NCBI GenBank assembly: GCA_026770705.1
Contig: JANJGN010000036.1
Location: forward strand, 1,054,001-1,118,000
Length of the DNA: 64,000 nt
DNA from: Isurus oxyrinchus
Lineage: Eukaryota
Reading direction: 5' to 3'
A program made the translations under genes and the position numbers. Shown here in pieces: positions 1 to 12,800 of this stretch. The notes under the pieces were generated by a model. That model made no database searches. It saw nothing but the letters and a program-made list of their open reading frames with translations, and was not told where the DNA came from. Numbering within the stretch: position 1 is the first letter of the stretch; every line of letters begins with the position of its first letter.

Positions 1-239
1 AACACTTCAATGCCGTTTATCCACACTATCACCATAACTCTTTACATTATTGTTAGTCATAAATCTATCAATCTGATGGTATTTTGCTGCTTTAAATATA
101 CTTTACAAATGTGAACTGTTGTTACCCTGACCCAACAAACTCTCAAAGAATGGGTCCACTGAATGCATACAGATTGAACTGAATCTATGCTGACCATCAA
201 TTGTCATCATGGCAGGAACGGAATTATTTATTTAAAAAC

Positions 240-1200
240 TAAAGATCCCTTTGCTCTTCCCAGTCGAATGCTGCGGGGATTGTGTACGGTTTAGATGCAG
301 AGAAGCACATCCTGCATTATAAGCAATAAAACAAAGCTAAGAAATGTAAAGATATGTAGTGATTTATGCTCTGTATGCAGTGTCACATGAAGCTCTCCCA
401 CAGCACTTACCGCATGCGTTAACTGCAGAGTTTAGTTCCTTGCACACGATCACCTCAAAGCATCCCAATTAGATACAGCACTGTTAAAACACAAAGAGTC
501 TGCTCTACGCTCTCTTATCAAACACTAAATATTAAAATGTACAATGCAGGTTAGATGCATATTAATCATTCTTCGACAGTCTAAGACCATAAAAGTTAGC
601 ATAAATACGGATTAAAATGCCCCATAAAATTTCATAACATCCATGCTCCAAGCAAGGGTACAATTCCGATGAAAGCTCCATTTACACCGTTCCGCCAAAT
701 TCTGCATGAACAGGAGAAGCACAGTTTAAATACAGAGTAAATCTCCCTCTATAAATTGTTCCACAAAACACTCCTAAAGAAAGTTCAACCGTGTTTAGAT
801 AGAGTGTAAAGCTGCCTCTACACTGCTCCAGAAAGCAAGCCATGGAAATTACAGCAAGGTATAGACACAACTCCGACACAGAGTTACAGCCGTCCCTTGA
901 AATACTGACAGGAATGGTAAAGAACTGGATCGGTACAGAGTAATGCTCCTTCAGTAGTCGATGAGCATTTTAAGGGCAAGCAAAGCATGGCATGGATACT
1001 GTGTAAACATCACATTTAAATGTCACAGCATCAAATCAAGGACAGGTGTAGCTTGGATATATCCCGATTACAATTGCTTCAGTCCTGCCTCATTACATTC
1101 AGCGCATGTAAAGCAGCATAACCATAGAGTAATATTGCTTCCTTTACACTATCTCCACAACATCTTTAGGGCAGGTACAGTACCGGGCAGGCACAGAATA
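240..1200. repeat. Highly degenerate tandem array of a ~65-70 bp unit (consensus-like GGTTAGATACAGAGTAAAGCTCCCTCTACACTG...AAACACTCCCAGG)
   Basis: Recurring cores: ggtttagatgcagagaagc (~288), tttaaatacagagtaaatctccctcta (~725), tttagatagagtgtaaagctgcctctacactg (~794), ggtacagagtaatgctc (~932), catagagtaatattgct (~1123). Resembles a common shark dispersed minisatellite. Confidence 0.65.
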
Positions 1201-3479
1201 ATGAAATAGTGGAAAGTAATGTTGGAGTTAGTTATGCCCCATCTGTTTTAATTTGGATCGAATTGGAATTGGGGAACAGCCTCGGAAAATAAAACAGTGT
1301 TGAAAAGTAAATTAACCCCATTACAACCGCCATTTACAACCAGAAGTGGAGAGTAAGGGAATTTTTCTTTTATGAAAATGCTGCCTGAAAGGGCGGAGGA
1401 AGGAAATTCAATAGGAGTTTTCAAAAGAGGAATTTGATAAATATCGAAAGGTAACATTTACAGGGCTATGGGGAAAGAGTAAGGGGGGAGTGGGACAAAT
1501 TGGATCTATCTTTGAAGGAGCTAGCACAGGCACCGTGGGCCGAATAACTCAGTTATTCGTCATTTCTGGTTTTATTCTTTTTGTCACCGCTGTCTAGCCT
1601 CTGACTTAAGGCAGAGAGACAGAGATAATTCCACCCCCACCCATCCCCTCACACCCCGCTTCGCAAGCCAACTCTGTAGTGAGCACTTCCCCACCCACAC
1701 CCCACCACCCCCCGCCCCCCTTTCCGCCCACTACACCCCATCGCTGGGGAATATCAAGCAGAGAAATCCTCCATCAAACTATTTCTAATATGGTTACCCA
1801 ATGTCGCTAAGTGCATTTCTGGGCGTTCGGGAATGTCCTGTATTTGTTCAGTGAGTTCTTAAATACTTGCTATTGCTCCTGACTCAAATATCATCGCCAC
1901 AATAATCGAAAATGGGTCGAAAATAATTATGAGCAGTAATAGGAAACTTACCGTCTCCCATTGGATAACACAGCGTGGGGGAGGTGGGGTGATCTATTCA
2001 GCCTAATGCGCCTGTGCTGGTGCATCGAAAGTGTAATCCAAGTCATCCCACTGCCTTCTGCTCTTTCCCATATAGCCCTACATGCTGTCACTTTCAAGTA
2101 TTTAACCAATTTCACATCTTGAAGGTTCCTGTTGAAGCTGCTTCCACCGACCTTTCAGGCAGCACCTTCCAGATCACACAACCCGTTGTGCACAAAAATC
2201 AATTCTCCTCATCTCCCCGCCTCTGGTTCTGTTCCCTATTCCCTTGAATCTGTGTCTATCGGGTTTCTGAACATCCTGTTCAATGGAAAGAGTTGCTGCT
2301 TCTCAGCTAACTCTGTGTCCCCTTTGCCAGGCAGTCGATGTCAGCTTGACTCACTCCCCGACCTCCACCGCCCGCCCTTCGCTGTGACCTGAGGGAGAGC
2401 TCCACCTGTCATTTTAAACTTCACCTTCCCCCTAGGCTGGATAATGCACAGAGGGACAAGGTCTTGGGTGAGGAGGGCGGGGTTTGGTGGGAGGGGTTGG
2501 GTTGTTGGGGATGGGGGGTTGACTGTGCAGGAACTCAGTCTGTTGATTTTGTTCCCATTGCCCGTTGGACTGCCTGTACAATGAGACGTGCAGTTCACCT
2601 CTCAACTCAACTCCCCTCAAGAGCAATTGGTCTCAAGATCAAGACGAGGACCTTCAGCCAGTCGAAACTGTTTCCCCATTCAATGAGATCGTGGCTCACC
2701 TGCATCTTAAATCCATCTACCCGCTTTGCTTTCATAATCCTTAATCCCCATAGATGGGAAAAATCTATCAATCCTAGTTTTAACATTTCGACTTGACCCC
2801 CAGCCTAGGCAGCTCTTTCGGTGAAGATTGGCCTTTTTCTACACCCCATTGTGTGAGGAAGTGCATCCTGATACGACGCCTGCCTCCAATTCTAACCCTA
2901 ACACAGGGCCCTGTGGGGTTCAGTCATTGAGTGAATTCACTAAATTAATTTAAACACCTCAATTGACTCACCTCTTAATCTCCTATAAACCAGGAATACT
3001 AATTCATTCGAAAGAAGCAGTCCTCATAATTCAACCTTTAAATCTTCGGTAACTTTGTTGTGAAACTGCACTGAAAATATCTAGACTCGGTGAGAATCTC
3101 GCCCCAGCTCCATAAAACTACCCCTTTAACATTCAAACTGACTCCTTTCTCCAGAAGCAAACAGGATGTTAGTTTCAAGTATAGATGAAATAAAACCCTG
3201 CAATGTTTAATATTTAAAATGTAAACAGAAACTGCTGGAAATGCTTGGTATGTGGGTCTTTGTTTATTCCTGGGGCAGGCAGGTAAAGTTCATGTTCAGG
3301 GGTCTCATCTGCCTCTGAAGTGGCCATCAACTAATCTTCCAGCCATATAGATGCTGACGGATTTTCCCTCTCTTTCCAGAATTTCCTGTTTTTTAAATTT
3401 TACCCGAAATAATTTTTCTCCAGTTCATAGAGATATTTTAAATAGGTTTCAGGAATAGAGGGACCTGGGGGATTATGGG

Positions 3480-4150
3480 CACTAATCTTTGACAGTGACA
3501 AGAGAGGTCGAGAAAACTGTTTGAAAAAGGGATATAAGACTCTCGGCTTTAATAATGAGGCAGAGAGTACAGAAACACGGATGCATAGTCCAACATGGCT
3601 GACTCTGCCTCAGCTGGATGATTGAGTCCAAATGGGCCCAGCAATTTTGGTTGCATGTCCAGGGCCTTCAAGAGGGTGTGGAGGGACACTTACCCAGAAC
3701 GGGTCAAGGGATGAAAGGTTCTGGTTCATGTGCAGAGACTGGAGAATCTGGGATTGTTCTCCACAGAGCGGAGAAGGTTATGGGAGAGATTTAATCGACG
3801 CCTTCAAAATCAGCAAGGGGGTATGGATCGATTAAATAAGGAGAAACTGTTTCCACTGGGCAGTAGGGTCGGTACCCAGAGGGGACACAGATTGAAGAGA
3901 ATCTAGAAAAGAGCCAGAGGGGGAGATGTGGAGAATGTTTTTTTTAACACGAGTTGTTGTGACCTGGAAGGCGCAGCCTGAAAGGGTGGTGGAAACAGAT
4001 TCAATAGGAAATTTCAAAAATGGGAATTGGAGAAATACTTGAAGGGGAGACATTTCACCGCTCTGGGGGATGGGTGATTGTGGTACTAATTGCATAGATA
4101 ATTCATATGGCCTCCTTCTATGTTCGATCAGTCTATCATTCTATGATTTC
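3480..4150 (+). mobile_element. Degenerate CR1-type LINE 3' fragment
   Basis: Decayed end-of-RT sequence (ggagatttaatcgacgccttcaaaatc...gagaaactgtttccactgg...gcctgaaagggtggtggaaacagattc) and a ttctatga-type tail; similar pieces at ~1330-1550, ~2000-2300, ~5700-6020. Confidence 0.7.
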
Positions 4151-4558
4151 TATAGAATATTTAATTTCATTGGGAATTCCCAAAGTGTTTGAAACCCATT
4201 GTGGAATGCAACAATTTGAAAAATGTAGGCAAATTAATTGAAAGATTAGCTGGGGAATTATGGAAATAAAAAATAATTGAAACTCGTCAATTAGACAGTA
4301 ATTTATTTTAACGTGGATGTGGTTTGTGAGGGACTTTTCACATACAATCTGATTACAGGTCAGAGTGTCCTATATATTCATGAATCCCCCATCACCCCCC
4401 CGCCCCCACCGCCCCCTCTCTCCTCCTTTCCCTCACACACACACACACAGAATCACATACAGACTCGTCAAGGTGTTCCATATTTTAATGAGTTTTCTCT
4501 CCCCCTTCCCCCTCCCCCCCCCCCCCCCCCCCCCACACACACACACATACACAAACAG

Positions 4559-4869
4559 GTAGTGAGGATCGAAGCTCCCTCCCACCTCGGAAGAAATGGA
4601 CTCAGGATTGGCCACTGTGTCCTGCCTGGTGAGTGGCCTTATGCCAGGTTTCGTGCGAGCCCTCTGGAGTGTGAGGGGTAAACATGGAGAGAATAGAGTG
4701 AGGACGAGTCCTGCTTCCTGGACAGCGATCAAACTTAAAGCCTGAACAGTTACCTGGGAGTGCCGACCACTACCTGGAAGGAGGGCTCCAATTATTCCTG
4801 CGGTGTCAGCCACACTCCCTGCACTCACCCCTTATCAAAATGATCAGCCCAAGTGGTGGCTCGCTCTGA
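4559..4869 (+). pseudogene. Immunoglobulin light-chain constant-region pseudo-exon, cartilaginous-fish type I (NS5 / sigma-cart)-like
   Basis: Acceptor cag at 4556-4558. Stitched across frameshifts: GSEDR..LPP/SEEMDSGLATVSCLVSGLMPGFVRALWSVRGKHGENRVRTSPA/LDSDQT*SLNSYLGVPTTTWKEGSNYSCGVSH/SLHSPLIKMISPSGGSL* (TGA 4867-4869). C1-set Cys/Trp/Cys spacing; closely resembles nurse shark NS5 C as I recall it (SEDRKPSVLLLPPSSEEIDSGWATLSCLVS..PGFVRVLW...DSDQSYSLSSYL.VP...W..GS.Y.C.V.H.SLSSPLLKTIS). Several frameshifts, one stop, terminal Cys lost. Confidence 0.85.
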
Positions 4870-5627
4870 GAGACTGGTAGTCGGCCTTACAGTTTGACTA
4901 CTTGAAGATATTTCATGCAAAGGCACAGTTTATTCAACGCGTGAAAAATACACAGTTTTTGCAATGTTATCGCTGTAGCAATGTCAGATTTTGGCGAGGA
5001 ACACGAATGTCAAATGAAAGCAGAAGCGAACGAAATTATTTTCTGACCTTGTGCCTCGGAATTTCCCGTGGAATTGTTCCCAGTATCCTATGTGCCAACT
5101 TCCGCTATGTGCACAATCCCCTCCTTTCAGACACTGACCATGGTGTGTTTGTGAACTTATATCACACAGCTTGTAATAAACACCAAGTGCTGTTATGAAA
5201 CTAAATTGGCCGATCATTATTCAGCACTGATAGGAATGTGGGGAGGATTGACAATGAATAATTTACAGTTCAGATAACAAAACATAGAATTACGTAAAAT
5301 GACAGAACAAAAACAGAATTGCGTACAGTAACAGCACAGAAAGATGTACCTATACCAGTCTCATCAACAACTTCCTGCGGGAATGAGTTCCACATTCTGC
5401 ACACTCTCTGAGTAAAGAAGCTTCTCCTGAATTGCCAGTTAGATTTTTTCTGTAACTATCTTAAAATATGTTCAATAATTTTCAAATCCTGCATAAGTAA
5501 AGCCTTATTAAACTATTTCTTAATTTTAAAGCCCTCAGTCAGGTCACCCTTCAATCATCTATTAATTTTAGAGGAAACTGCTACAGCCTGTTCACTCTTT
5601 CCTGAGTGAACTTCTGGCTCACGGACA

Positions 5628-5670
5628 ATGAGCTTCCTTGGTGTCTGTGCATTGTCCTCTCTCTTCCAGG
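5628..5670 (+). pseudogene. A0: orphan leader exon of an A-type receptor gene (rest of the gene deleted)
   Basis: ATGAGCTTCCTTGGTGTCTGTGCATTGTCCTCTCTCTTCCAGG = MSFLGVCALSSLFQ, close to the A1 leader (MSFLAVYALSHLFQ). Donor destroyed (aggaga vs gtgaga). Followed by sequence like A1 intron 1, then directly by A-type 3' flank. Confidence 0.8.
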
Positions 5671-6029
5671 AGGAGATATCCTGACAGGTTCTGATGAAGT
5701 GGAGGAGAGTTTGGTAAGCTCAACCACTGGCAGGAGGGTCGGTAATCAGAGGGACACAGACTGGTGATAATCGGCAAAAGAACCAGAAGGAGAGTTGAGG
5801 ATTTATGTTTAAAACAGCGAATTATTGTGACCAGGAAAGCGCTGCCTGAAAGGACGCTGGATGCAGATTCAATAGGGACTTTCAAATAGGAATTGGGTAA
5901 ATTTTTGAAGTGGAAAAATACAAGGATATGGGGGAAGGATTAGGGCAGAGATTGAGGACTAATTGGTTAGAACATTCAAAGAGCCAGCAGAGCCAAATGG
6001 ACTCCTCCTCTTAACGGTGCAATTTCAAT

Positions 6030-7300
6030 TCAGCCTCTGCACGTTTCAACTTCATTCTATTGGTGTCTTTAATTGCCTTCTGCCCCTTTATACAGTATAG
6101 GAGCAAGGCGTAATTCAAATAATCTTTGCAACGTATCTGTACCGAGTTACCAATATATTGAAGCACATTTGAAAACAAATGTTAACTTTGTAACTCAATT
6201 TTGTTTGATGGTTTAGACCAGAGGCTACTCAAGGTGTCTCTTATGCTAACTTACAAATGCATTTCCAGAGTGAATGTGTGCGGGTTAGAAATGGAGTTAA
6301 GGGCTGAGAGGACCGGTCAGTCCCTAGCTGGAGATTTTGGCTGCATCAATATGAAAGCTGCAGTGCAAGTGGATCAAGAGTCTTCACTGGTTGTGTCTTG
6401 GAGCTGAAGATTTACACATACTCTTGAGAGAAATTTTGTTGCAATGCACCTGCCCTTTGGATATCACAGTTCAGTGGATTTTACAAACTAGAACCATAGA
6501 GTCATAGACACTTATAGAATATAAGGAGGGCATTCGGCCCGTCACGCCTGTACTGACTTTTCGAATGCACACTTTAGTCCCACTCCCCAGCAATCAGCGC
6601 AAGTCTCTGAGAATTAGTCATTTTGTAGCAAACCTCCAGTAAATGTTCATATCGAAGCTGCTTACAGCAGAAAGCGTCAGCTGTGATTGAAAGCGGTTTG
6701 CTGACTGTATTAAAACATTTCAAGCGTGAACACTATTTCCTTCTCACATGAGAGAAAGAGTCAAATCTGCGACTAAAATTTAGACGGTGTTTCGCTGAGT
6801 TGAAGTGAAATATTGCCAAGGCACCTTTAATTGCATAAACATTTAAAAACTGATCTGGAAACAGTCGGTGTGATGAGCTCTGGACAATTGTGTTAGTTAT
6901 TAAAATCTGATCGAATGGAGAACTTCTTGTTCCTAATGGATATAAATATTCCCAAATTAACATGGGCTCTTTCTCCTGTAAAACTACATTCTGCACCGAT
7001 ATTGTAAAGAGTATTTGGAGGCACTTGTTTCAAGATGTAGATAGAAAAGTTATTTCTGCTAAACACAACTCATCCATCCGGGAATTTTCTGTCCCTCTCA
7101 ACCATCAGGACAACAATTCTTTCATAAACAATTGCATGTGGGTTCCCAGACCCAATCCCTTCGAACCCAATTCGCTCTACCCAGAGAAACATTCAGAATG
7201 CTGGTCGTTCTGTGTCTGATAGGCCTGCTGACATCAGTCCTCAACCTAAGACTTCTCAATCCCACTGGAAACAGGACATTGGAGCAGAATGAGGCCATTC
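6030..7300 (+). repeat. Third copy of the A-type gene 3' flank
   Basis: Colinear similarity to 21320-21730 plus 23160-24000 and to 51330-52600 (e.g. ttaccaatatattgaagcacatttgaaaacaaatgttaac vs ttaccaacatattaaaacaggtttgaaaaccaatgttagc). Confidence 0.75.
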
Positions 7301-8039
7301 AGCCGCCCTAGCCTGTTTTGCAATTCAGGTGTGTCATGTGCGCATCGGTACCTGAACTCCACTTAACTGTCTTTATTCCAGATTCCTTAATCCCCTCACC
7401 CAAATAAAATGAAGCGACCACAGCCTTAATTGCTCTTTTAGGAAGACAGTTGAAGATTTCCACTCAGGTTTGTGTGAAGAAGTGCTTCCTGACATCAGCC
7501 CTGATGTGCCTCGCTTTAATTTGGAGGTTGATCCCCTTTGTTCTGGATGCCCCCACTGCCCTCCAACAGAGGAAAGAGTTTCCCTATATCCACCCTATCG
7601 AATCTTTTCTTAATCGTAAACACCCGGGTTCAATCACCCCTGAATCTCGTAAACTGGAAGAATGGAAGCTTCGCCTATCCAGCCTGTCCTCGTAATCTAA
7701 CTCTGTGAACCCAGGTATCGTCTTTGTGAATGGAAGTTTGTGCTATGTGAACCTATAAAGCAATCTGAATGCATGTTCATAAGAGCGCGAGAGTTCATTT
7801 AACTATACAGGAGAGTTCTTGGGCACTTTCTCTTAGATGGATCTTGAAATAATTTTTGCTTGGAACTGCCTTTGTTGCTCCCAAATCTGATTCTGTTGTA
7901 TTTGTTGATTGGAGTAACCAGAATGGGAATATTTGTGCTGGTGTGACTCTGATCGGTAACTCAGTCTAACCAAGTGGGTTGCAATCCTTTATCTCTTTAA
8001 CTAATTATATTGTAAATAGTTGTTTGGCAGTACAGAACT

Positions 8040-9065
8040 CAAGTATTGCTGAGAAAATGATACTTTTGAAAGGACGCTTGTCATTTCGAACTCATCCATG
8101 AAATTGGCAAGAAAATACCAATGTCAGCGGAAACCATCTATTTAAGGTGTACGAGAAAAAAAGCACTGATTGGTTTGCAGGTGGACCCTGTTTGATACAG
8201 GTGTTGCAATGGTGAATACACTAGTTGAGGGTGACCGGCAGCTAAGTGCCAAGCAGAGTATGTCATAAATATCAGCAATAGGTTAAACTAGCTGTTTCAC
8301 GTAGCTGCTATGCAGTAGCAACAAAAGTTTTATTCCCTTTTAACAGGATGTTGCGTCAAACCCAACAGCGTTCTGCCTATCAGATAAAAGACTGAGTGGT
8401 CTATGAATTCCAGTGTCAAAGTGATGCCAGGCATGTCCACCGTATGACCCAAAGCCGGGCCGATTGTATCCAATAGCCTGTTCCTTCCACTGCTCACAGT
8501 GGCAAGGTACGGACCATACCCAATCTGCCGATTCTTGCAAAATTCAAAACACGGTGTTGAAAATTAAAAGTTATCCCGTGATTGGACAACCAATGCTGAA
8601 GAATTCTCAGGGTACTACAAATTATGCTGACAACACTTTTAAGGTTGTCAATTGGGCTCAGAGTGGGGCACATTTATGTGCACTTGAATCTAAATATATT
8701 TGCACATAGGGCCTTATCTTTGCAGGCAGAAGTACTATGTGCACACGTTGTGTCTGTTTCAGCAAAAGAAAGTAAGTGTCAGCCATTCACTGGTTTATTC
8801 CTCAGGGCAATGTCTTAACCAATCAGAATCAAATGGCCCGGTAAAAATTTCAATCAGTGCTTGGCAGTTAACTGCCTGTCACCGTCAACCGTTGCATTCT
8901 CCAAGGCAAAGCCTCCACAAATCAGACCCCACTTGCCAATAAATCAACACTTACTTCTCAGGTGGTGTAATTGTTTTCTCCCTGACATTAGTATTCTCAT
9001 GCGAATTGTTCTGATGAGTGCAAGGTGAAAAGCTTCAGTAAATAAGTCCTTTTTTCGGGAATATG
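8040..9065 (+). mobile_element. Penelope-like retroelement 3' fragment with GIY-YIG endonuclease remnant and an inverted terminal-repeat copy at the 5' end
   Basis: 8340-8770 translates with stops/shifts to VVYEFQCQSDARHVHRMTQSRADCIQ*PVP...VIGQPMLKNSQGTTNYADNTFKVVNWAQSGAHLCALESKYI, a PLE GIY-YIG pattern. ~8040-8300 is a diverged reverse complement of ~8780-9060 (ggtgaccggcagctaagtgccaagc vs gcttggcagttaactgcctgtcacc). Confidence 0.8.
9006..9041 (+). ncRNA. Degenerate minimal hammerhead ribozyme motif in the PLE terminal repeat
   Basis: ttgtt CTGATGA g-tgcaagg-t GAAA agct TC agtaa: conserved core boxes, palindromic helix III, UC cleavage site. Helix I pairing is eroded. Confidence 0.55.
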
Positions 9066-9322
9066 CAGATATCTTGTTGCAAAGATGTGCAAACGTGGAA
9101 TTAGGAAATGCAAATATCTAGATGGAAAATATCTAAATTCTTTTTAGATTACATTCCACCTTCCTAATATTTTAAAGATGCAATGATAATTGGCTTATCA
9201 TGGCAATAAAGTAAAATCAATTTGTTCACATCAGACCCAGATATGAGGCGAGAGAATCCTTCCGTCATGGACAGATTTGCTCTAAAGTCATCTCTTCAGC
9301 CAAAACACACTGCACTCACCCT

Positions 9323-9465
9323 ATCAGTTTCTCCAGGCTAATTTGTTTTTAACTGAAGTTCCCCATCATTGGAACCTTCTCAACAATCTTGTCCGCACCC
9401 TCTCTATAGCTTTCACATCCTTCCCAAAGTGTGGTGGCCAGAAGGGTACACAATGCACCAGCTGA
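9323..9465. repeat. 143-bp near-identical direct copy of 10493-10635
   Basis: One mismatch in 143 nt; the second copy lies inside a decayed minus-strand CR1 fragment. Confidence 0.9.
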
Positions 9466-9894
9466 CATGTTGGTTGCAATTTTAACACAAACTACAACAC
9501 ACTGTATCAAAACAAAATGGAAACATCAGGAGTTTCCTGCATCACTGCTCATGTTTCTCTCCTGCTGTGCTCTAATTTTGCAAATGATTGCAGATTTAAA
9601 TAGAATTTAAAGAAAAGCTGGAAATCTGAATTAGAAACCGTTGGGAATCCTCAGTGGGGACTGAAGGAGATATTCATCCTGGAATATTAACCTATTATTT
9701 AAATTATCAGAGTGGGCAAGGGCCGAGGGACATGTTGTTATTCCAGTTAGAGTGCTCAGTGAAATTTGAAACAAAGTCAATTGCCCTAGATTGTGACCAG
9801 CTGTTCACGACGTGAAAAATCCAGTATGGGTTGCGTTGCAGCTTATCCGAAAAATGAACTATCTGTATATTATTCCAACAGCTCTATAATCTAA

Positions 9895-12800
9895 CCTCTT
9901 TTGCACCCTGATGTGTCGCTTCGCCTCTGTGACGGTGGTCACATGTGCATTAAAGGCTTAGCTATGAATTGAAACTTTGCACCAGTCTGGATAAGTGATA
10001 ATCAATCACAGACACTGAATGACAACTACGCTAATATTCCCGAATTCACTGAAGTTTCCCAAACATTGCATTAATTCCCCAACATGACAATGGATGGACA
10101 ATGAACACGAAACAACCACCTTCGCTTCCCTTTCCCCCACAGTGGCGATGCCTGACACAATATTGCCAATGTTAGAATCATCTGGTGGTTCTAGCACAGA
10201 AGCAGTCAATTCAGCATTTTGTGTCTGGGTTGGGCCTCTGAAAGAGGAACACATATAGTTCACCTTCTATGCAACGAACCCCCCCCCCCCCCCCGCCCCC
10301 AACCCTCCCCACCGTTTTTCCCGTGGCCCTACAAAAGATTTGTCTTTCTAACTTCTAACAATGATCAAATTTCCTCATTCCAGACCCTTCCACCAATGGC
10401 AACAGTTTCCCTATCCACTGTTTCCATACCGTTCTTGATTTTGAATAACTAATAAATCTCCTGTCAACCTTCCCTTCTCCCAGGAATACAGCATCAGTTT
10501 CTCCAGGCTAATTTGTTTTTAACTGAAGTTCCTCATCATTGGAACCTTCTCAACAATCTTGTCCGCACCCTCTCTATAGCTTTCACATCCTTCCCAAAGT
10601 GTGGTGGCCAGAAGGGTACACAATGCACCAGCTGAGGTCGAACTGAAACTTTATATGGAGGTTTATTTGAATTTTGTGCCTTTGTACTCTATGTCCGTTT
10701 TATAAAATGCCTGAAACACCTACGCTTTACTACTTACACTGTGAACCTATTCCGTTACCTAAATGATTTGAACACATATACAACCTGCTGACTCTGTTCC
10801 TGCAACTCTTTTACAATTGTATTCTTTGTTTAATATTGTCTCTCCTCGTTCTTCAAAACAAAATGTATAATTTCACACTTCTGAGCATTAAATCTAACTT
10901 GCCAGGTGACAGCCCATTCCAGCAACCTGTCTGTGTCCCCAGGAAGTCTATCGCTCTGCTCCTCAGGGTCACAAAACATTCAAGTTTTGTGTAAACAGCT
11001 AATGTTGAAATTGCAGTTGTGACACCAATGCCAAGGCTATTAATATCCACCAGGATAAATCCGGGTCCTAAAATCCGAGCCCTCAGGAACTCCAGCCTAT
11101 ACTTTTCCTCCAGTCTCAATAGTTGGCCTCTTATATTGGACCAACAGGCCGGAGATTGACTTCAGAATATCTCGATGGAAATGCACTTATTATTCTCTTG
11201 AATTTCCCTAATGTACTGTTTAATGTGCTAAAAATATTTAGTGCAACTGACCCATTGTCATTCATTCCACGCCTGTCTTTGCCCACTCTCTCTCTCTCTT
11301 TCTCAAACTACCCAGGATTCGAACAAAAATATCAAGCTCGTGTTAGTTCTTGCAAATCCTGGCTCAGGCGCCAAAATAGCTGATAAGAAAGTTGCCCTGG
11401 GGTTTTAGAAGCAATCTTGATAGATCATGGATTTTCTCAGCTTATATCATTGGAATCAGTGTTGGGGTTGAATTGGATTGTAGACACTGGCAGATGTACA
11501 GAGGGTGCTCAGGATAAAGTTTTCCTCTGGCGCAGTTGCTCACTTTTCATTGTGGGATCTCTTGCCTTGTTCTTCTGAAAGGAGACTCAGTAATTAGCTA
11601 CTCAAAACTGCAGAAGGGAATCACATTGGACAACCAATTATGAAAATGTCCCTGATAAATATTGATCCTCTCCTGATCTGCCGCTTTTATGGGTCCAAAT
11701 GAAAATGAAGATCAACTGTAGAAGTAGGATCGCCGCCACCATTCTGACAACATTAAGGGTCGGAATGCACTATTCCTACAGAGACAAAACAATTAGAAAC
11801 TGCTGATCGATCAAATCAGTATTTCCCGGAATAGTATCATGAGAAACGTGACCCAGTTAAAAGCTAGTGTCTCAAACAGCCAGTGCGACAGATAGCGGCG
11901 TGTGGACGCACAGAATGAAATATATGAAGCAATGTTTTTCGAATTGAGATGAACTGGCCGACAACACTGTCAAGATAGTTCCAAAATTATACTGTATCTG
12001 TATGAAAACATTTTACCGATGTCTACATGGAAACTGAACTATAGATTAATAGACTGAACCAATCGACAAGGCGGCAGTTCGGTCCATAGTGTGTGTGGCA
12101 GCTGTTGGTGCTATTAAAACTCAACATGTTTCCCCGTTTGGTTCTCTGCTTCTGGAAGCAGTTTCTCCGTATTTACTCAATCAAAATAATTCATGATTTC
12201 GAACTTCAGTGCGAATGTTTCTGCTAACCTTCTTTGCTCCAAGGACAACAATCCCAGATTCTCCAGCTTCTCCACATTAAGTGATATCCCTCATCCCGGG
12301 TCCCTTTTCTGGTGAATGTCCTCTGCACCCTCTCTACGGCCCTCACATCTTTCCTTAATATGGCGTCCAGAATTGGACACAATACTCCAGCTGGTGTCGG
12401 ACTGGGGATTTATGAAGTGCAATTTTCTCTCCTATTTGCTTCCACCTTTACTGAAGCCGCGATCTCCCTCTGCTTTTTATCCGCCACCTCAACTTGTCCT
12501 GCCACCTTCAGAGATTAACATCCATGCGCTATCTGCCTGATGAGTGTTCAACTCGGTCAATTCCATATTAACCCAATTTCACTGCTGCTTCAGCACACGA
12601 AGTTAATGTTAAATCCGACTGCTGATATCACCAGTCAATATGACTTAAACTGAATTTTACCAGGAAAATGCAGATTAATAAGGGAGATTCAGGGAAATGA
12701 GGAAGGTGACGGTGTAATTGAGCGAGAGCCACGTCCCTGCAGACCCATCGCTTTTCCCAACAATCTCACCTCTTCACTGCTTTCTGCTCATGAACCCATT

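Noticed and set aside
240-1200. CRISPR-like periodicity
   Set aside because: Eukaryotic context, the whole unit is repeated and decayed, no unique spacers or cas genes.
1-4558. V or J segments / RSS belonging to the IgL C exon, including an IFRAGT J-like string near 1162
   Set aside because: No heptamer-spacer-nonamer or convincing V found by eye; the string lies inside the degenerate tandem repeat.
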